Assembly: GCA_040263875.1 (NCBI GenBank)
Contig: JBDQJI010000001.1
Coordinates: 13,705 to 77,704, forward strand
Direction of reading: 5' to 3'
Origin: Alphaproteobacteria bacterium
Lineage (GTDB): Bacteria > Pseudomonadota > Alphaproteobacteria > Bin95
DNA length: 64,000 bases
Every line of letters starts with the position of its first letter. The first letter of the stretch is position 1. The notes beneath the pieces are model-generated. The model made no database searches. It saw nothing but the letters and a program-made list of their open reading frames with translations, and was not told where the DNA came from. The position numbers and the translations under genes were made by a program. Below, piece by piece: positions 21,159 to 31,468 of this stretch.

Positions 21159-22316
21159 TCAGATCACGCCATGCACGTGCGGAATGCGCATGTAGTCTTC
21201 TGCCTGCATTTCTATCAGCCGTGAGGCGCAGCGACGGAATTCAAACTCGCCTATGCCTTTAACATAGAGGTCGTCTGGCTTGGCTTCCGCTGAGCAGATC
21301 ACATTCACTTTATGCTCATAGCAGGCGTCAATGCAGGTCACGAGACGACGCGCTTCATTCCGGTCATCGGGCTTCATCACTGGGATGCCAGAAATGATAA
21401 GCGTGTGAAATACCTCAGTCATCGCGAGATAGTCCGCCGGACCATAAGGGCGCTTGCAAAGCTCCTCGAACGTGAACCAAGCGACGCCGCGGGCGGCCTT
21501 AGGTGCTTCTATCTTCCGGCCGCGCACCGTTATTTCTAGCGGTTCTGGCGGGGCATCGTCAGTCAGATCAGCGAAAGCTTTGGCAAGTGCTGCTTCTGAC
21601 TCTGGCCCGGGCGGCACGTGATAAACGGATTGGCCTTTCAAGCGATCCAACCGGTAATCGGCACCGCCATCTAGTTCCATCACCTCAACATGTTCAGCGA
21701 AGATATCCAGGAATGGCAGGAAACGATCCCGCTGCAATCCATCTTTATACAGCTCTGTCGGGGCTGCATTTGAGGTTGCGACAACGACAACGCCTTGGTC
21801 AAAAAGACCCTCAAACAGGCGGCCTAGGGTCATTGCATCAGCGATGTTGTCGACCTGAAACTCGTCAAACGCCAGCAGCCAGGCAGTATCAGCGACTTCC
21901 TTGGCAATCGCAGGAATCGGGTCCCCATCTTTGCCAGATTGCCGCCGGGCATGGGCCAGTTTCTGCACGTCCTGCATGAATGCATGGAAATGAACCCGGC
22001 GCTTGCGGGCGACATCGGCATGATCGAATACAAGGTCCATCAACATCGACTTGCCGCGTCCGACAGGGCCATAGACGTAAAGGCCTTTTGGTGTTGCCTG
22101 GACGTCGCCAGAACCACCGTTCAAACCAAGGCGGGCTAGAAACCCGCTGGACTTCTTCTGCTTCGATTGCGGCTTATACCCTTTAAGGCGATCGGTTAGC
22201 GCCTCCAGCCGTTCCGCCGCTTTTAGCTGCATCGGATCGGGGCGCATTTCGCCGCTCGCGACCATGGCCTTCAGCGCAGCGACGGGGCCGTCGGGATGAA
22301 TATGGCTGTTCGACAC
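21159..22316 (-). CDS. zapE: Cell division protein ZapE (AFG1-family ATPase).
   Basis: 385 aa; Walker A GLYVYGPVGRGKSMLMD; conserved position next to mdh. Confidence 0.85.
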   Translation of the reverse strand: MSNSHIHPDGPVAALKAMVASGEMRPDPMQLKAAERLEALTDRLKGYKPQSKQKKSSGFLARLGLNGGSGDVQATPKGLYVYGPVGRGKSMLMDLVFDHADVARKRRVHFHAFMQDVQKLAHARRQSGKDGDPIPAIAKEVADTAWLLAFDEFQVDNIADAMTLGRLFEGLFDQGVVVVATSNAAPTELYKDGLQRDRFLPFLDIFAEHVEVMELDGGADYRLDRLKGQSVYHVPPGPESEAALAKAFADLTDDAPPEPLEITVRGRKIEAPKAARGVAWFTFEELCKRPYGPADYLAMTEVFHTLIISGIPVMKPDDRNEARRLVTCIDACYEHKVNVICSAEAKPDDLYVKGIGEFEFRRCASRLIEMQAEDYMRIPHVHGVI

Positions 22317-22317
22317 G

Positions 22318-23517
22318 TCAGACTGATCCCAATTTCACAGCGCCGCTCTCGACCAGACTGGCGAGTTCTTCAGCAGTAATTCCGGCTTCCATAAGCGCTT
22401 CCGCTGTATGTTGCCCAGGCTCAGGCGGTTGGCGGCGGAGGCCGAAATCATGGTTTCCAACTTCAATCGGCAGGCGCGGTAGCTTGGTCATGGTGCCCGT
22501 GGGCATTCGGACATTCAGCATGCGATCGCCAGCGTTCAGCTGCGGGTCATCAAAAAGGTCCGATGGTTTGGCGACGGGTGAAAACGGCACCTCGATAGCT
22601 TCCAGAAGCGTCAACATCTCATCATGATCATACTGTTTTATGATCGCGGCAATCATCGGCAAGGTGACCGGGCGCATCGCGACCCGCGCTTCGTTAGAGG
22701 CGTAATTTGGATCATCCTTCAAGTGATCTAGGCCAAACTTATCCCGAAACCGGTTCCAATGATTGTCGCTGGTGAGGCCAAGAAAGACATGCCGTCCATC
22801 TTTGGTTTCGAACGGCTCATATACGGCCCAGGCACCTACGCGGGCAGGCATCGGCGGCGTCTCGGTGCCAGTGATTGCTTCACCGGCAAGATGCTGGGTC
22901 ATTAAGAAGGCCGTCGATTCAAACAAGGCGCTTTGTACGTGCTGCCCCTCGCCCGTTGTCTCCCGCTCTTTGAGTGCGCACATGATGCCAATAACTGCAT
23001 AGGTGCCGCCCATAATGTCGATGATACTGGCCCCCGCCCGCAGCGGACGGCCAGGCGGACCCGTCATGTAAGCCATACCCGCCATGAACTGCACCACTTC
23101 GTCCAGTGCCAAACGATGTTCATACGGGCCAGACAAGAACCCCTTCAGGGCGCAGAATACCATCTGCGGGTTCACAGCCTTCAGTGTTTCGTAATCGCAC
23201 CCAAGCTTTGCCATTGTACCCGGCGCATAGTTTTCGATCACAACATCCGCTGTCTCGACCAGCTTATGCGCTGCCGCCTGCCCTTCGGAGGATTTCAGAT
23301 TTAGCGCCACGGACCGCTTGTTACGGTTAAAGCCTGCAAAAAACCCGGCTGCAAAACCAGGTAGCCGGCGTGTCTTATCGCCATCAGGTGCCGGTTCGAT
23401 TTTGATTACGTCGGCGCCAAGGTCTGCCATGAGCATGCCAGCGGTTGGCCCCATGATTGTTTGGCAGAATTCTAGAACACGCACGCCTGCAAGCGGCAGC
23501 GGGGTGGCTTCAGCCAT
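22318..23517 (-). CDS. CoA-transferase family III (CaiB/BaiF-like) protein.
   Basis: The N-terminus MAEATPLPLAGVRVLEFCQTIMGPTAGMLMADLGADVIKIE is diagnostic of family III CoA-transferases. Start taken at M30 of the track ORF. Confidence 0.8.
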   Translation of the reverse strand: MAEATPLPLAGVRVLEFCQTIMGPTAGMLMADLGADVIKIEPAPDGDKTRRLPGFAAGFFAGFNRNKRSVALNLKSSEGQAAAHKLVETADVVIENYAPGTMAKLGCDYETLKAVNPQMVFCALKGFLSGPYEHRLALDEVVQFMAGMAYMTGPPGRPLRAGASIIDIMGGTYAVIGIMCALKERETTGEGQHVQSALFESTAFLMTQHLAGEAITGTETPPMPARVGAWAVYEPFETKDGRHVFLGLTSDNHWNRFRDKFGLDHLKDDPNYASNEARVAMRPVTLPMIAAIIKQYDHDEMLTLLEAIEVPFSPVAKPSDLFDDPQLNAGDRMLNVRMPTGTMTKLPRLPIEVGNHDFGLRRQPPEPGQHTAEALMEAGITAEELASLVESGAVKLGSV

Positions 23518-24031
23518 CGATCGAACGTCCCTCAATAATCGCCTTGGCCGGGCTTGCAAAATTGTCAAGCATGCGGCGGTAGACCTCGCGCTTGAAATCA
23601 ACAATCAGGCCAAGCACTTCATCAACCTGGCCCCAGCGCCAGCTATCGAATTCCACCTGATGGCGCGCCAGATCAATGGCGCTATCCGGGCCCTCATAAC
23701 GCAGCAGATACCATTTCTGCGTCTGGCCGATCCAGCGCGTGCGACGACCGAGCGCCCAGGACGGCAAGTCATAATTCAGCCATTCCGGGTGCGTGCGCAC
23801 AATGATTGCATCCTCCAACCCAGTTTCTTCCTCAAGCTCACGCATGGCCGCTTCAACAGGCGCTTCGCCAGGGTCGATCCCGCCTTGCGGCATCTGCCAG
23901 CCATTTGGAACGCCGACGCGCTCGCCAATGAATACGCCGCGCCCTGGGGCCACGACCATCAAGCCAACGCACGGCCGGTATCCCCGCTGCACATCAGGCG
24001 GCAGGTCAGTATCGGTAGAGGCGGCATTCAT
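23510..24031 (-). CDS. rppH: RNA pyrophosphohydrolase (NUDIX).
   Basis: 173 aa; Nudix box GGIDPGEAPVEAAMRELEEETG and an N-terminus typical of RppH/NudH. Confidence 0.85.
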   Translation of the reverse strand: MNAASTDTDLPPDVQRGYRPCVGLMVVAPGRGVFIGERVGVPNGWQMPQGGIDPGEAPVEAAMRELEEETGLEDAIIVRTHPEWLNYDLPSWALGRRTRWIGQTQKWYLLRYEGPDSAIDLARHQVEFDSWRWGQVDEVLGLIVDFKREVYRRMLDNFASPAKAIIEGRSIDG

Positions 24032-24044
24032 GCAATGGATCCAA

Positions 24045-25091
24045 TCATGGGTCTAGCCGCCGGGCGCCCCCGGTCAACGGAGTCAAAACGAAGCCGCGCT
24101 CGTCCAAGCTTGCCGCCCAGGCGCGCAGACGTTCGATGCTGACGGGATAGGGTGTCGCTAAGCCAACGGCGAATCCACGGCGCTCAGCAATCGCTTCCAA
24201 CTCACCCAGCCGCTTATCAATCGCATCACGGGAAGGCACGTCGTCAATGAAACGGTCATTCAGTGCCACATGCAGATCTACCGTTGGCGCGAGAGCTGAG
24301 ACCGCACTATCGGGACCGGACCGGCTATCGAGGAAAATCAAACCCTTGTCCGCCGTCGCCGCCAGGATAGGGCGCAACCTGTGTGGGTTCGCTAATAACC
24401 GAGAGCCCATATGGGATAGCAAGCCAACATAACCGCTGAGCCCCGAAAGCGCTTTTTCAAGCCGCGAGAGATTTTCCAGATCATCCAGATCGATGAGCAG
24501 CGGTTTTGGGCCGGGGTCGTGGCGGGGATAGTCAATCGGTTCCATCGGGATCGCCAACAGCGTCTCGTGGCCATTGGCCCGCGCGTCCCTAATCCATGCA
24601 GCAGCACTATCGGAATAGGCTGCGATGGCGAATGTAACCTGCGGCGGCAAGCGCTCAATCGCGTGACGGGACCGAGCATTACCGATGCCGATCTGGCCCA
24701 TAACAATGGCAATCCGGGGTCGGCCATCATCCACTGGCTTCGCCGCTGCAAACGCAACGCGTGGCGGAGCTGGGCGGGTGGCAGGTGTCGGCGTAGGTGT
24801 CGGTTGAGCAGTGCGTGCAGATGATGTGGCTGGTGGTTTCGCAGGTGCTTGGATTAAAGCTTCAGCCTGTCCGGCCGGCCCTGTGCCCTTTGTTTCGGCC
24901 CCAACGATCGCAGCGCCGCGATCAGATCCGGTGGCGTTAGCATCGGGTTCAATTACCGTCCCTGTAGCAGCTGTCCCTGGATCAGCAGTGCCGCCAGATA
25001 AACCATCATAGCTAAGTTCAGCCCAGAGGATAACGCCGCCGAATAACAGCAGCACGCAAACCCAGGGAAGCGTCAAGGCGCGGTTATGCAA
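24045..25091 (-). CDS. Divergent polysaccharide deacetylase family protein (YibQ-like), membrane anchored.
   Basis: N-terminal TM helix, Pro/Thr-rich linker, and a C-terminal domain matching the YibQ/DUF610 deacetylase-like family. Conserved position between ctpA and rppH. Confidence 0.72.
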   Translation of the reverse strand: MHNRALTLPWVCVLLLFGGVILWAELSYDGLSGGTADPGTAATGTVIEPDANATGSDRGAAIVGAETKGTGPAGQAEALIQAPAKPPATSSARTAQPTPTPTPATRPAPPRVAFAAAKPVDDGRPRIAIVMGQIGIGNARSRHAIERLPPQVTFAIAAYSDSAAAWIRDARANGHETLLAIPMEPIDYPRHDPGPKPLLIDLDDLENLSRLEKALSGLSGYVGLLSHMGSRLLANPHRLRPILAATADKGLIFLDSRSGPDSAVSALAPTVDLHVALNDRFIDDVPSRDAIDKRLGELEAIAERRGFAVGLATPYPVSIERLRAWAASLDERGFVLTPLTGGARRLDP

Positions 25092-25168
25092 TGCGCCTCT
25101 CCTTTTGCCGGTCGATCAAACATGCGCGCTCTCTTTTACGGCGGAGCGGTCCGCATTCCAAGCGCTTG

Positions 25169-26488
25169 CTACTTCTGCTCTGTCGTTGATTGACGGTAGA
25201 TCGCAATGCCCCGCAGCACATCAATGGCGCGGATGAGCTGATAGTCCTTCTGCGCTGCAGCAGCTTCAGCAGCCGCACGCTCCGCTTTCGGGTCAGGTTT
25301 CACGTCTTCGTCTTTGTCCTCGTCGGGGTCTTCGTTCTGCAGCGCGCCACTAAGATCGGCTTCACGACGACGGCCTGTCACGTCGATTTCCTCAATCTTA
25401 GCAGGCTTCACGGCGATATCTGGCTCAATGCCTGTTGCCTGGATCGATCCACCAGACGGCGTGTAGTAACGCGCGATGGTCAGACGCACGGCACCATGGC
25501 CAGGAATGCGCTGGACCGTCTGAACGGAGCCTTTGCCGAAGGTTTTCTGGCCAACCAAGATCGCCCGACCATGATCTTGCAGCGCGCCTGCGACAATTTC
25601 AGAAGCAGAAGCAGAGCCGCCGTTAATGAGCACGACAATCGGCAAACCGCCCGTTAGATCACCTGGGTTGGCGTTATGGCGTTGGGCTTTCTTCTTATCC
25701 CGACCGCGAGTCGAGACGATTTCGCCCTTGTCCAAGAACGCATCTGTCACCGCAATAGCCTGATCCAGCAGACCGCCTGGGTTATTGCGCAGGTCAATAA
25801 TGAAGCCCTCAAGCTTATCGCCAAGCTCGCCTTTCAGCTTATCGATGGCTTTCGCCACGTTTGGTTCTGTCTGGCGACTAAAACTGGTGATGCGCACGTA
25901 GCCGATATTACCTTCTGCCCGCGAGCGAACTGGACTGACTTTAATCACATCGCGAACCACATCCACATCAAACGGCGCTTGATCGCCCCGGCGGATCGTC
26001 AGCACGATCTTTTCGCCGACTTTGCCGCGCATATGCTCAACAGCTTTCGCCAGCGACATGCCGCGAACAGGCTTGCCATCTAGCGCCACAATCAAATCAT
26101 TGGGCTGTATTCCTGCTTTAGCGGCTGGCGTATCGTCAATCGGTGATACGACTTTGACGTAGCCGCCTTCCATGGTGACTTCGATGCCCAGGCCACCGAA
26201 TTCGCCTTTGGTATCAACGTCCAGGCGCTCCCGGCCCTTCTCGTCGAGATATGACGAATGGGGATCGAGTGATGTCAGCATGCCGTTGATGGCAGCTTTG
26301 ATCAGCTCTTCGTCGCTGACCTCCTCCACATAATCTGCACGGATGCGTTCAAGCACCGTGCCAAATAGCTCCAGCTGCTTGTAGGTGTCAGCGCTGGTTT
26401 CCTTCTTGGCGGCGTCTTGCGCCAAGGCGGGCGCAGAGCCAGCCAAACCGAGTGCGAGAATGGCGGCAGCGAGAGAGATTTTACCCAT
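25169..26488 (-). CDS. ctpA: Carboxyl-terminal processing protease (S41 family).
   Basis: Signal peptide, PDZ domain, S41 catalytic domain (LINGGSASASEIVAGALQD ... K dyad). Confidence 0.9.
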   Translation of the reverse strand: MGKISLAAAILALGLAGSAPALAQDAAKKETSADTYKQLELFGTVLERIRADYVEEVSDEELIKAAINGMLTSLDPHSSYLDEKGRERLDVDTKGEFGGLGIEVTMEGGYVKVVSPIDDTPAAKAGIQPNDLIVALDGKPVRGMSLAKAVEHMRGKVGEKIVLTIRRGDQAPFDVDVVRDVIKVSPVRSRAEGNIGYVRITSFSRQTEPNVAKAIDKLKGELGDKLEGFIIDLRNNPGGLLDQAIAVTDAFLDKGEIVSTRGRDKKKAQRHNANPGDLTGGLPIVVLINGGSASASEIVAGALQDHGRAILVGQKTFGKGSVQTVQRIPGHGAVRLTIARYYTPSGGSIQATGIEPDIAVKPAKIEEIDVTGRRREADLSGALQNEDPDEDKDEDVKPDPKAERAAAEAAAAQKDYQLIRAIDVLRGIAIYRQSTTEQK

Positions 26489-26503
26489 GGCGCGGTGGCG
26501 TCC

Positions 26504-27880
26504 TCATGTTCGGCGAACAAACCATGGTCCTGGATCGACCGGCTCGCCGTTTTTTCTTAGTTCCACATATAGCTTAGGCGCCCCGGCCCCGGAACCCCTA
26601 CGACCTGCTTTCCTACCAACACCTTGGCCGAGAGCACCCAACGGCTCCCCGCCAAGCACCCAATCGCCAACGGTAACGTCAATTCGATCGAGCCCGGTCA
26701 AAAGCGTGTGATACCCTCGCCCATGGTCAATTAACGCCACCTTGCCATAGCCTCGAAAGGGTCCGGCATAGGCGATTTTGCCGTCAAATGGCGCAAACAC
26801 ATCTGCCCCCGCGACGGCTGCATAGACCAACCCACGGGACATCACCCCTTCGCCCTGCCCAAATCGGGCAACGATTTGCCCGGCAACGGGAGGGGCTAGA
26901 TCGTTCTTTTTGCCAGCAAGCCCAGTCAAAGTAAGCGGTGGTCCAGTCAGCGCGGCAACAGGCGGTTCACGCCCTGCCCGTTGGGTTGCCGGCGCTTCTG
27001 GCGCTGGGATCGCCGCCCGCCGGTTGGATGGTTCCGGCGTTGGTTGCGGTCTCCGGGCAAGAGCCTGCCGCCGAGCCCGTTCTGCCCGATCACGTTTCAG
27101 CTCTTCGCGATATCGCCGGGTTTCCGCAGCCTGTCTGGCGGCTATCGCCCGACGCGCAGAGGCGACCGCAGCCTCCCGCGCCGCCAAGGCAGAAATAAAA
27201 CTATCCAGTGACCGCGCTTGGCCAGCCAGTTTTGTCACCTCGCGGCCCAGGTTTTCTTCTTGTGTCTCATTCTGACGGATCAAGCGCCGCTTTTCCTGAA
27301 CGGTTTTGTGCAGCGCCTGCCGTTCATCAGCGAGCGCCCTGGCCGCAAGGCTTGCGCTCTCCCGCCGTTCAAGATGCTGCTGGCGCAATCGTGCAACAGC
27401 TTCCAACGCCTGCCGCGCTGCTTCAATCCGGCGCTCGACTTCCGGCAGCAAAGCCTTGAATGCCAAGCTGGCGCGTGCGGCTTCAGCTGGACCGTCTTGC
27501 AATGCAGCCAAAGCTTCCGGCGGACGAAGCGACAAGCGAGCCATGGCACCAACCAATGCGGCGAGTTCCTGACGGCGGAGATCAATCTCTGCTTCAGCGG
27601 CTTCTGCGGCATCAGCCGCGTCAGCGGCGGCATCTTCAGCAGCAGCCGCTTCACGTGTTCGGGCGCGCATGGCATTGCTGGCTTTGCGAAGATCTTCCCG
27701 CAGACGATTTAAGTCCTGCTCTAGCCGGGCAGCTCGGGACTTAACGACCGCTTGCTGACCGGTACGGAGGTCAATCGTGCGATTCACGTCCTTACGCTGC
27801 TGCTCCGCCTCATCCCGCTCACCTGCTGCATTGGCAGGCGAGGCAGCTGCGAGCGCCAGAATGAACATGAACCAACGCAT
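26504..27880 (-). CDS. M23-family peptidase with N-terminal coiled coil (EnvC-like murein hydrolase activator).
   Basis: Signal peptide, long coiled-coil region, C-terminal LytM/M23 domain (GYGKVALIDHGRGYHTLL). Confidence 0.8.
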   Translation of the reverse strand: MRWFMFILALAAASPANAAGERDEAEQQRKDVNRTIDLRTGQQAVVKSRAARLEQDLNRLREDLRKASNAMRARTREAAAAEDAAADAADAAEAAEAEIDLRRQELAALVGAMARLSLRPPEALAALQDGPAEAARASLAFKALLPEVERRIEAARQALEAVARLRQQHLERRESASLAARALADERQALHKTVQEKRRLIRQNETQEENLGREVTKLAGQARSLDSFISALAAREAAVASARRAIAARQAAETRRYREELKRDRAERARRQALARRPQPTPEPSNRRAAIPAPEAPATQRAGREPPVAALTGPPLTLTGLAGKKNDLAPPVAGQIVARFGQGEGVMSRGLVYAAVAGADVFAPFDGKIAYAGPFRGYGKVALIDHGRGYHTLLTGLDRIDVTVGDWVLGGEPLGALGQGVGRKAGRRGSGAGAPKLYVELRKNGEPVDPGPWFVRRT

Positions 27881-27888
27881 GTCTGCTG

Positions 27889-29361
27889 TTAGCCTTTCGG
27901 TGCCAAATCAACTCCACGCCGAAGCGCGCGACCTGGCTTTGCACCCGTTGCAGCGCCTGAGCGCCAAACAAGCGCGCCATTGGTCATAACAGCATCAACG
28001 CCGCCCGCAGGCTCCATCGGTGTGTCGAAGTTTGCGCGGTCGATCACGGTTTTTGGATCAAAAATAACGAGATCGGCGAAGGCACCTTCACGCAAATATC
28101 CTCGATCCTTCAGCCCGAATACATCTGCCGGCACGCCTGTCATGCGCCGAACGGCTTCCTCTAGCGGCATCAAGCCAATGTCGCGGCTGTAATGCCCCAG
28201 CACACGCGGGAATGTTCCCCAAAGCCGTGGGTGCGGGCGCTCGTCATGGGGAATGCCGTCGGAGCCGATCATGGCGTCTTCAAATGCCAGTACGTCACGC
28301 ACGTCATCTTCCGCCATGGAGAAATAAATCGCGCCTGCAGGAAGCAGACGATCCACCATCTCCTCCGGCTTGATCTGATATTCCATCGCCATCTCAGCCA
28401 GATCCCTGCCTGCTGCTTCCGGCATTGGCTCAGACCACGTAATCAGCACTTTGGATGAATCGGCTACACGTTCTTTGAGTAGGACAGTGGAACTGGCTAT
28501 ATATGGATAGACGTCCAAGGCCACTTTCTGTGTCTTTCGCGCTTCCCGGATCATGGGTAGCGATTGGCGGACCATGCCATGATTTTCCACGCCAGAGGCT
28601 TTGTGATGCGATAGCAGAATCGGCATATCGCCACGCCGCCCGATCTCCAGGGCCTCTTCAACGGATTTCAGAAGGTCTGGACCTTCATTGCGAAGGTGCG
28701 TCGCATAAATACCGCCAGCTACGCCCGCGACTTCCGCAACCCGCGCCACTTCATCGGTCGAAGCCGCCCGTGCAGGTGGATAGAAAAGGCCTGTCGAGAA
28801 TCCAGCAGCCCCCGCTTCCATCGCCTCAGCGACGCCTGCGCGCATGGCATCGATTTCAGCGTCTGTTGCTGTGCGGCCCAGATCTGAAACCTCGGTGATG
28901 CGCAACGTTTGATGTCCGACCAGGAAAATCGCATTGGCGGCGGCCGGCTGCTTATCGACCTGATCAATAAAGGCGGCGAATGTCGGGAAGCGCACCGGGT
29001 CTAAGCCGAATATCAGATCAAGCGGCGGCTTTGGTCGACCGGCAGCGGCAAATGGGGCCAGGCTAACACCACAATTGCCAACCACGACTGTCGTGACACC
29101 CTGGCTCGTCTTCGGGCGCATAGCCGGATCAACGAATAGTAGGCGATCATCATGGGTATGCACATCGACGAATCCTGGCGTCACGGCTTTACCGGAAGCG
29201 TCAATCCGCTCATCGGCTTGGGCTTCAGAGAGATCGCCGATGGCAGCAATCCTATCGCCAGTAATTCCAACATCTGCGCGAACGCGGTCGCCGCCGGTTC
29301 CGTCGATAACATCGCCGCCGGTAATCACCAGGTCGAAGCGTTGCGGTTCATCCATGATCAT
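27889..29361 (-). CDS. N-acyl-D-amino-acid deacylase (D-aminoacylase) family amidohydrolase.
   Basis: 490 aa; N-terminus DLVITGGDVIDGTGG ... GFVDVHTHDD is characteristic of D-aminoacylase-family metal-dependent amidohydrolases. Confidence 0.8.
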   Translation of the reverse strand: MIMDEPQRFDLVITGGDVIDGTGGDRVRADVGITGDRIAAIGDLSEAQADERIDASGKAVTPGFVDVHTHDDRLLFVDPAMRPKTSQGVTTVVVGNCGVSLAPFAAAGRPKPPLDLIFGLDPVRFPTFAAFIDQVDKQPAAANAIFLVGHQTLRITEVSDLGRTATDAEIDAMRAGVAEAMEAGAAGFSTGLFYPPARAASTDEVARVAEVAGVAGGIYATHLRNEGPDLLKSVEEALEIGRRGDMPILLSHHKASGVENHGMVRQSLPMIREARKTQKVALDVYPYIASSTVLLKERVADSSKVLITWSEPMPEAAGRDLAEMAMEYQIKPEEMVDRLLPAGAIYFSMAEDDVRDVLAFEDAMIGSDGIPHDERPHPRLWGTFPRVLGHYSRDIGLMPLEEAVRRMTGVPADVFGLKDRGYLREGAFADLVIFDPKTVIDRANFDTPMEPAGGVDAVMTNGALVWRSGAATGAKPGRALRRGVDLAPKG

Positions 29362-30065
29362 CAGTCCTGAATACGAAGCGGTTGCGGGGCATCAGGCAGC
29401 GTCACGCCAAAGCGGCGCTGCATCGTGTCCTGAATCAATTCAAAACTAGACCCGTGGCGCACGACTTCAAATGTCGAAAGATCCAGAAGCGTTGAGGACG
29501 CGCGGTAAGGCCAGCATTTCCGCAAACCGTGGTCGATCACAATATCGGCGACATCCCTGATCTCTGGCTCAATATCAACGGCCTGAAACTTTGTTCCAGC
29601 GAGACTGACATTAGCGGAAGAGCCAAATAGAGCGTGCCCCGCTTCCCGGCTACGACGGGAAATAGCGGCATGGAACGGACCAGCATTGGTAAGCATACAG
29701 AGCGTGCCGTCCTTTGTGCTCATGCTCAGCGCTTCTGGTTCCATCGCTGCGAGGATTGGATGATCCATCCGACATGGGCCGATCACACCAAGCGGCAGGT
29801 CGTCATCAACGGTTATCGCATCAAACGCAGCCCAGCCTTCATCGGGGAGTACGTAAAGGTCGCGTGCGAGTTCGTTATCGCCAATCATGGCGTTGAACTT
29901 TGTTGGCTGTCGGCGTTTGGCATCAAAAATGCGGCGGAGGGCGGCGTACGAACCGCCTATGGCAGAATACCCAACGTCCATCGGCATGATCGCGACACCG
30001 CCGGACTTCAGCACTGCAAATGCGCGATCCGCTTCTTGAGTCATAAATGGAGTTTCTTGGTGCAT
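29361..30065 (-). CDS. Sua5/YciO/YrdC/YwlC-family (threonylcarbamoyl-AMP synthase-like) domain protein.
   Basis: Aligns to E. coli YrdC/TsaC: VLKSGGVAIMPMDVGYS ~ VIAYPTEAVFG; AKRRQPTKFNAMIG ~ LKQRPVDKGLILIA; GSSANVSLAG ~ STSANLSGLPP. Its stop overlaps the downstream start codon (TGATG). Confidence 0.6.
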   Translation of the reverse strand: MHQETPFMTQEADRAFAVLKSGGVAIMPMDVGYSAIGGSYAALRRIFDAKRRQPTKFNAMIGDNELARDLYVLPDEGWAAFDAITVDDDLPLGVIGPCRMDHPILAAMEPEALSMSTKDGTLCMLTNAGPFHAAISRRSREAGHALFGSSANVSLAGTKFQAVDIEPEIRDVADIVIDHGLRKCWPYRASSTLLDLSTFEVVRHGSSFELIQDTMQRRFGVTLPDAPQPLRIQD

Positions 30066-30079
30066 TCCGAATCAGTCCC

Positions 30080-31468
30080 TTACGTGGAGCGGCGCATTGT
30101 CCAAGCAAGGATAGCGCCTGCCGCCGCCGCCGTCGCGGCCATCGCAAACGCCAATGCATAAGCGTGGCTAAAGGCTTGCTCTGGCCCCGCACCTGCAGCG
30201 AGCGCAGTTGATTCTGTCTCGCCAAACAGAAGCGTCAGCATGGATGCGGCGGCGACAACGCCGATGGTCCGCGTTGCCATAGCGAGGCCGCCTGCAACGC
30301 CGCGTTCCGATTCTGGCAATCCAGCCGTCACGCCATCCAAATATGCAGTTTGGAAAAACCCGAGGCCTATACCCGCCAACGCCAATGTCGCGATGACTTC
30401 GGCCAAAGAACTGCCACCGTCCACCTGACCAATCAGGACCAATCCGGCAGCGGCCGTGGCGGCACCCAATGCAGCGACGCTTTGGCTGGACATGGTCTTC
30501 AACATCCGCCCCGCCATCGCCGCCGCAATGGTGGTGCCCACGGCACCGCTCGCCAGTGCTAAACCGCCTGTAGCGGAATCAAACCCGGCATAGCGCGTGA
30601 GGAAGAATGGCGTGAAAAGCAGCGGCGTAAAGGATGCGCTTGAAACGACGATATTTAGAGCATTCAACAGTGCAAACCGGGGGCTACGGAATGCATCAAG
30701 CCTAAGAACAGGATCAGGCGCGCGGCGTTCCGTCCGAATAAATCCAGCGGCTGCAGCAATACCCAGCAAAGCGATGAGAAGCGCCGCTGCACCTTCCCCC
30801 CGTCGAACAAGGCTGAGCGTTGCGGCCAAGGAAATCAGCGCAATCACAAGCAAGAGAGCACCCAGAATGTCAAACGGCTTACCTTTGGAAGTTTGCGGCT
30901 TGTCCTGGGGCAATAGCCATGAGAGCGCCAGCACCAGGCCTGCCAATGGAATGCGGAACCAAAACACCCCCTGCCAACCAAAGACATCGGTCAGCACGCC
31001 GCCCACAACAGGCCCGACAGCACCCGCAGCGGCAAACATCGCTGCGTAATAGCCGATAATTCTGGGCCGCTCTGATTCTGGATAGAGAGATGTCGCAAGT
31101 GCTGGACCGCAGGCGATGGCGAGCGCCGTGCCAAGCCCTTGCGCCACACGTGCCGGCAGCAGCAACTCGAAACTCGGTGCCAGTGAACAGGCCGCGAGGC
31201 CGATGCAACTGACCGTCAGGCCGATTTTAAAGATACGCCGCCGCCCGTAACGGTCACCCAGCTTTCCGGCAACCAGCATCAAGCTGGAATAGGTCAGGAC
31301 ATAGCAGATGATGATCCATTGGATCATCTCAAGCGGCAGGCCAAACGAGCCTACAATCGCCGGGAACGCAATATTGACTGCCGTATCAAGTGGGCCGACA
31401 GCGACACCGAGGCCGACTACGGCCAGCCCGGCAGCAGCCCTAGCGCCCCCGGTCGATGCTTGCGTCAG
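30080..31468 (-). CDS. MFS transporter (DHA2-like drug/metabolite exporter). N-terminal TM1 is encoded in frame upstream of the track's ATG, but without a canonical start codon.
   Basis: The track ORF 30080..31327 begins at TM2. The same frame stays open upstream to 31480 and encodes the canonical MFS TM1/motif A (LAVVGLGVAVGPLDTAVNIAFPAIVGSFGLPLE). The only candidate initiator is a CTG forming a CTGA overlap with the ytoQ stop. Confidence 0.6.
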   Translation of the reverse strand: MTQASTGGARAAAGLAVVGLGVAVGPLDTAVNIAFPAIVGSFGLPLEMIQWIIICYVLTYSSLMLVAGKLGDRYGRRRIFKIGLTVSCIGLAACSLAPSFELLLPARVAQGLGTALAIACGPALATSLYPESERPRIIGYYAAMFAAAGAVGPVVGGVLTDVFGWQGVFWFRIPLAGLVLALSWLLPQDKPQTSKGKPFDILGALLLVIALISLAATLSLVRRGEGAAALLIALLGIAAAAGFIRTERRAPDPVLRLDAFRSPRFALLNALNIVVSSASFTPLLFTPFFLTRYAGFDSATGGLALASGAVGTTIAAAMAGRMLKTMSSQSVAALGAATAAAGLVLIGQVDGGSSLAEVIATLALAGIGLGFFQTAYLDGVTAGLPESERGVAGGLAMATRTIGVVAAASMLTLLFGETESTALAAGAGPEQAFSHAYALAFAMAATAAAAGAILAWTMRRST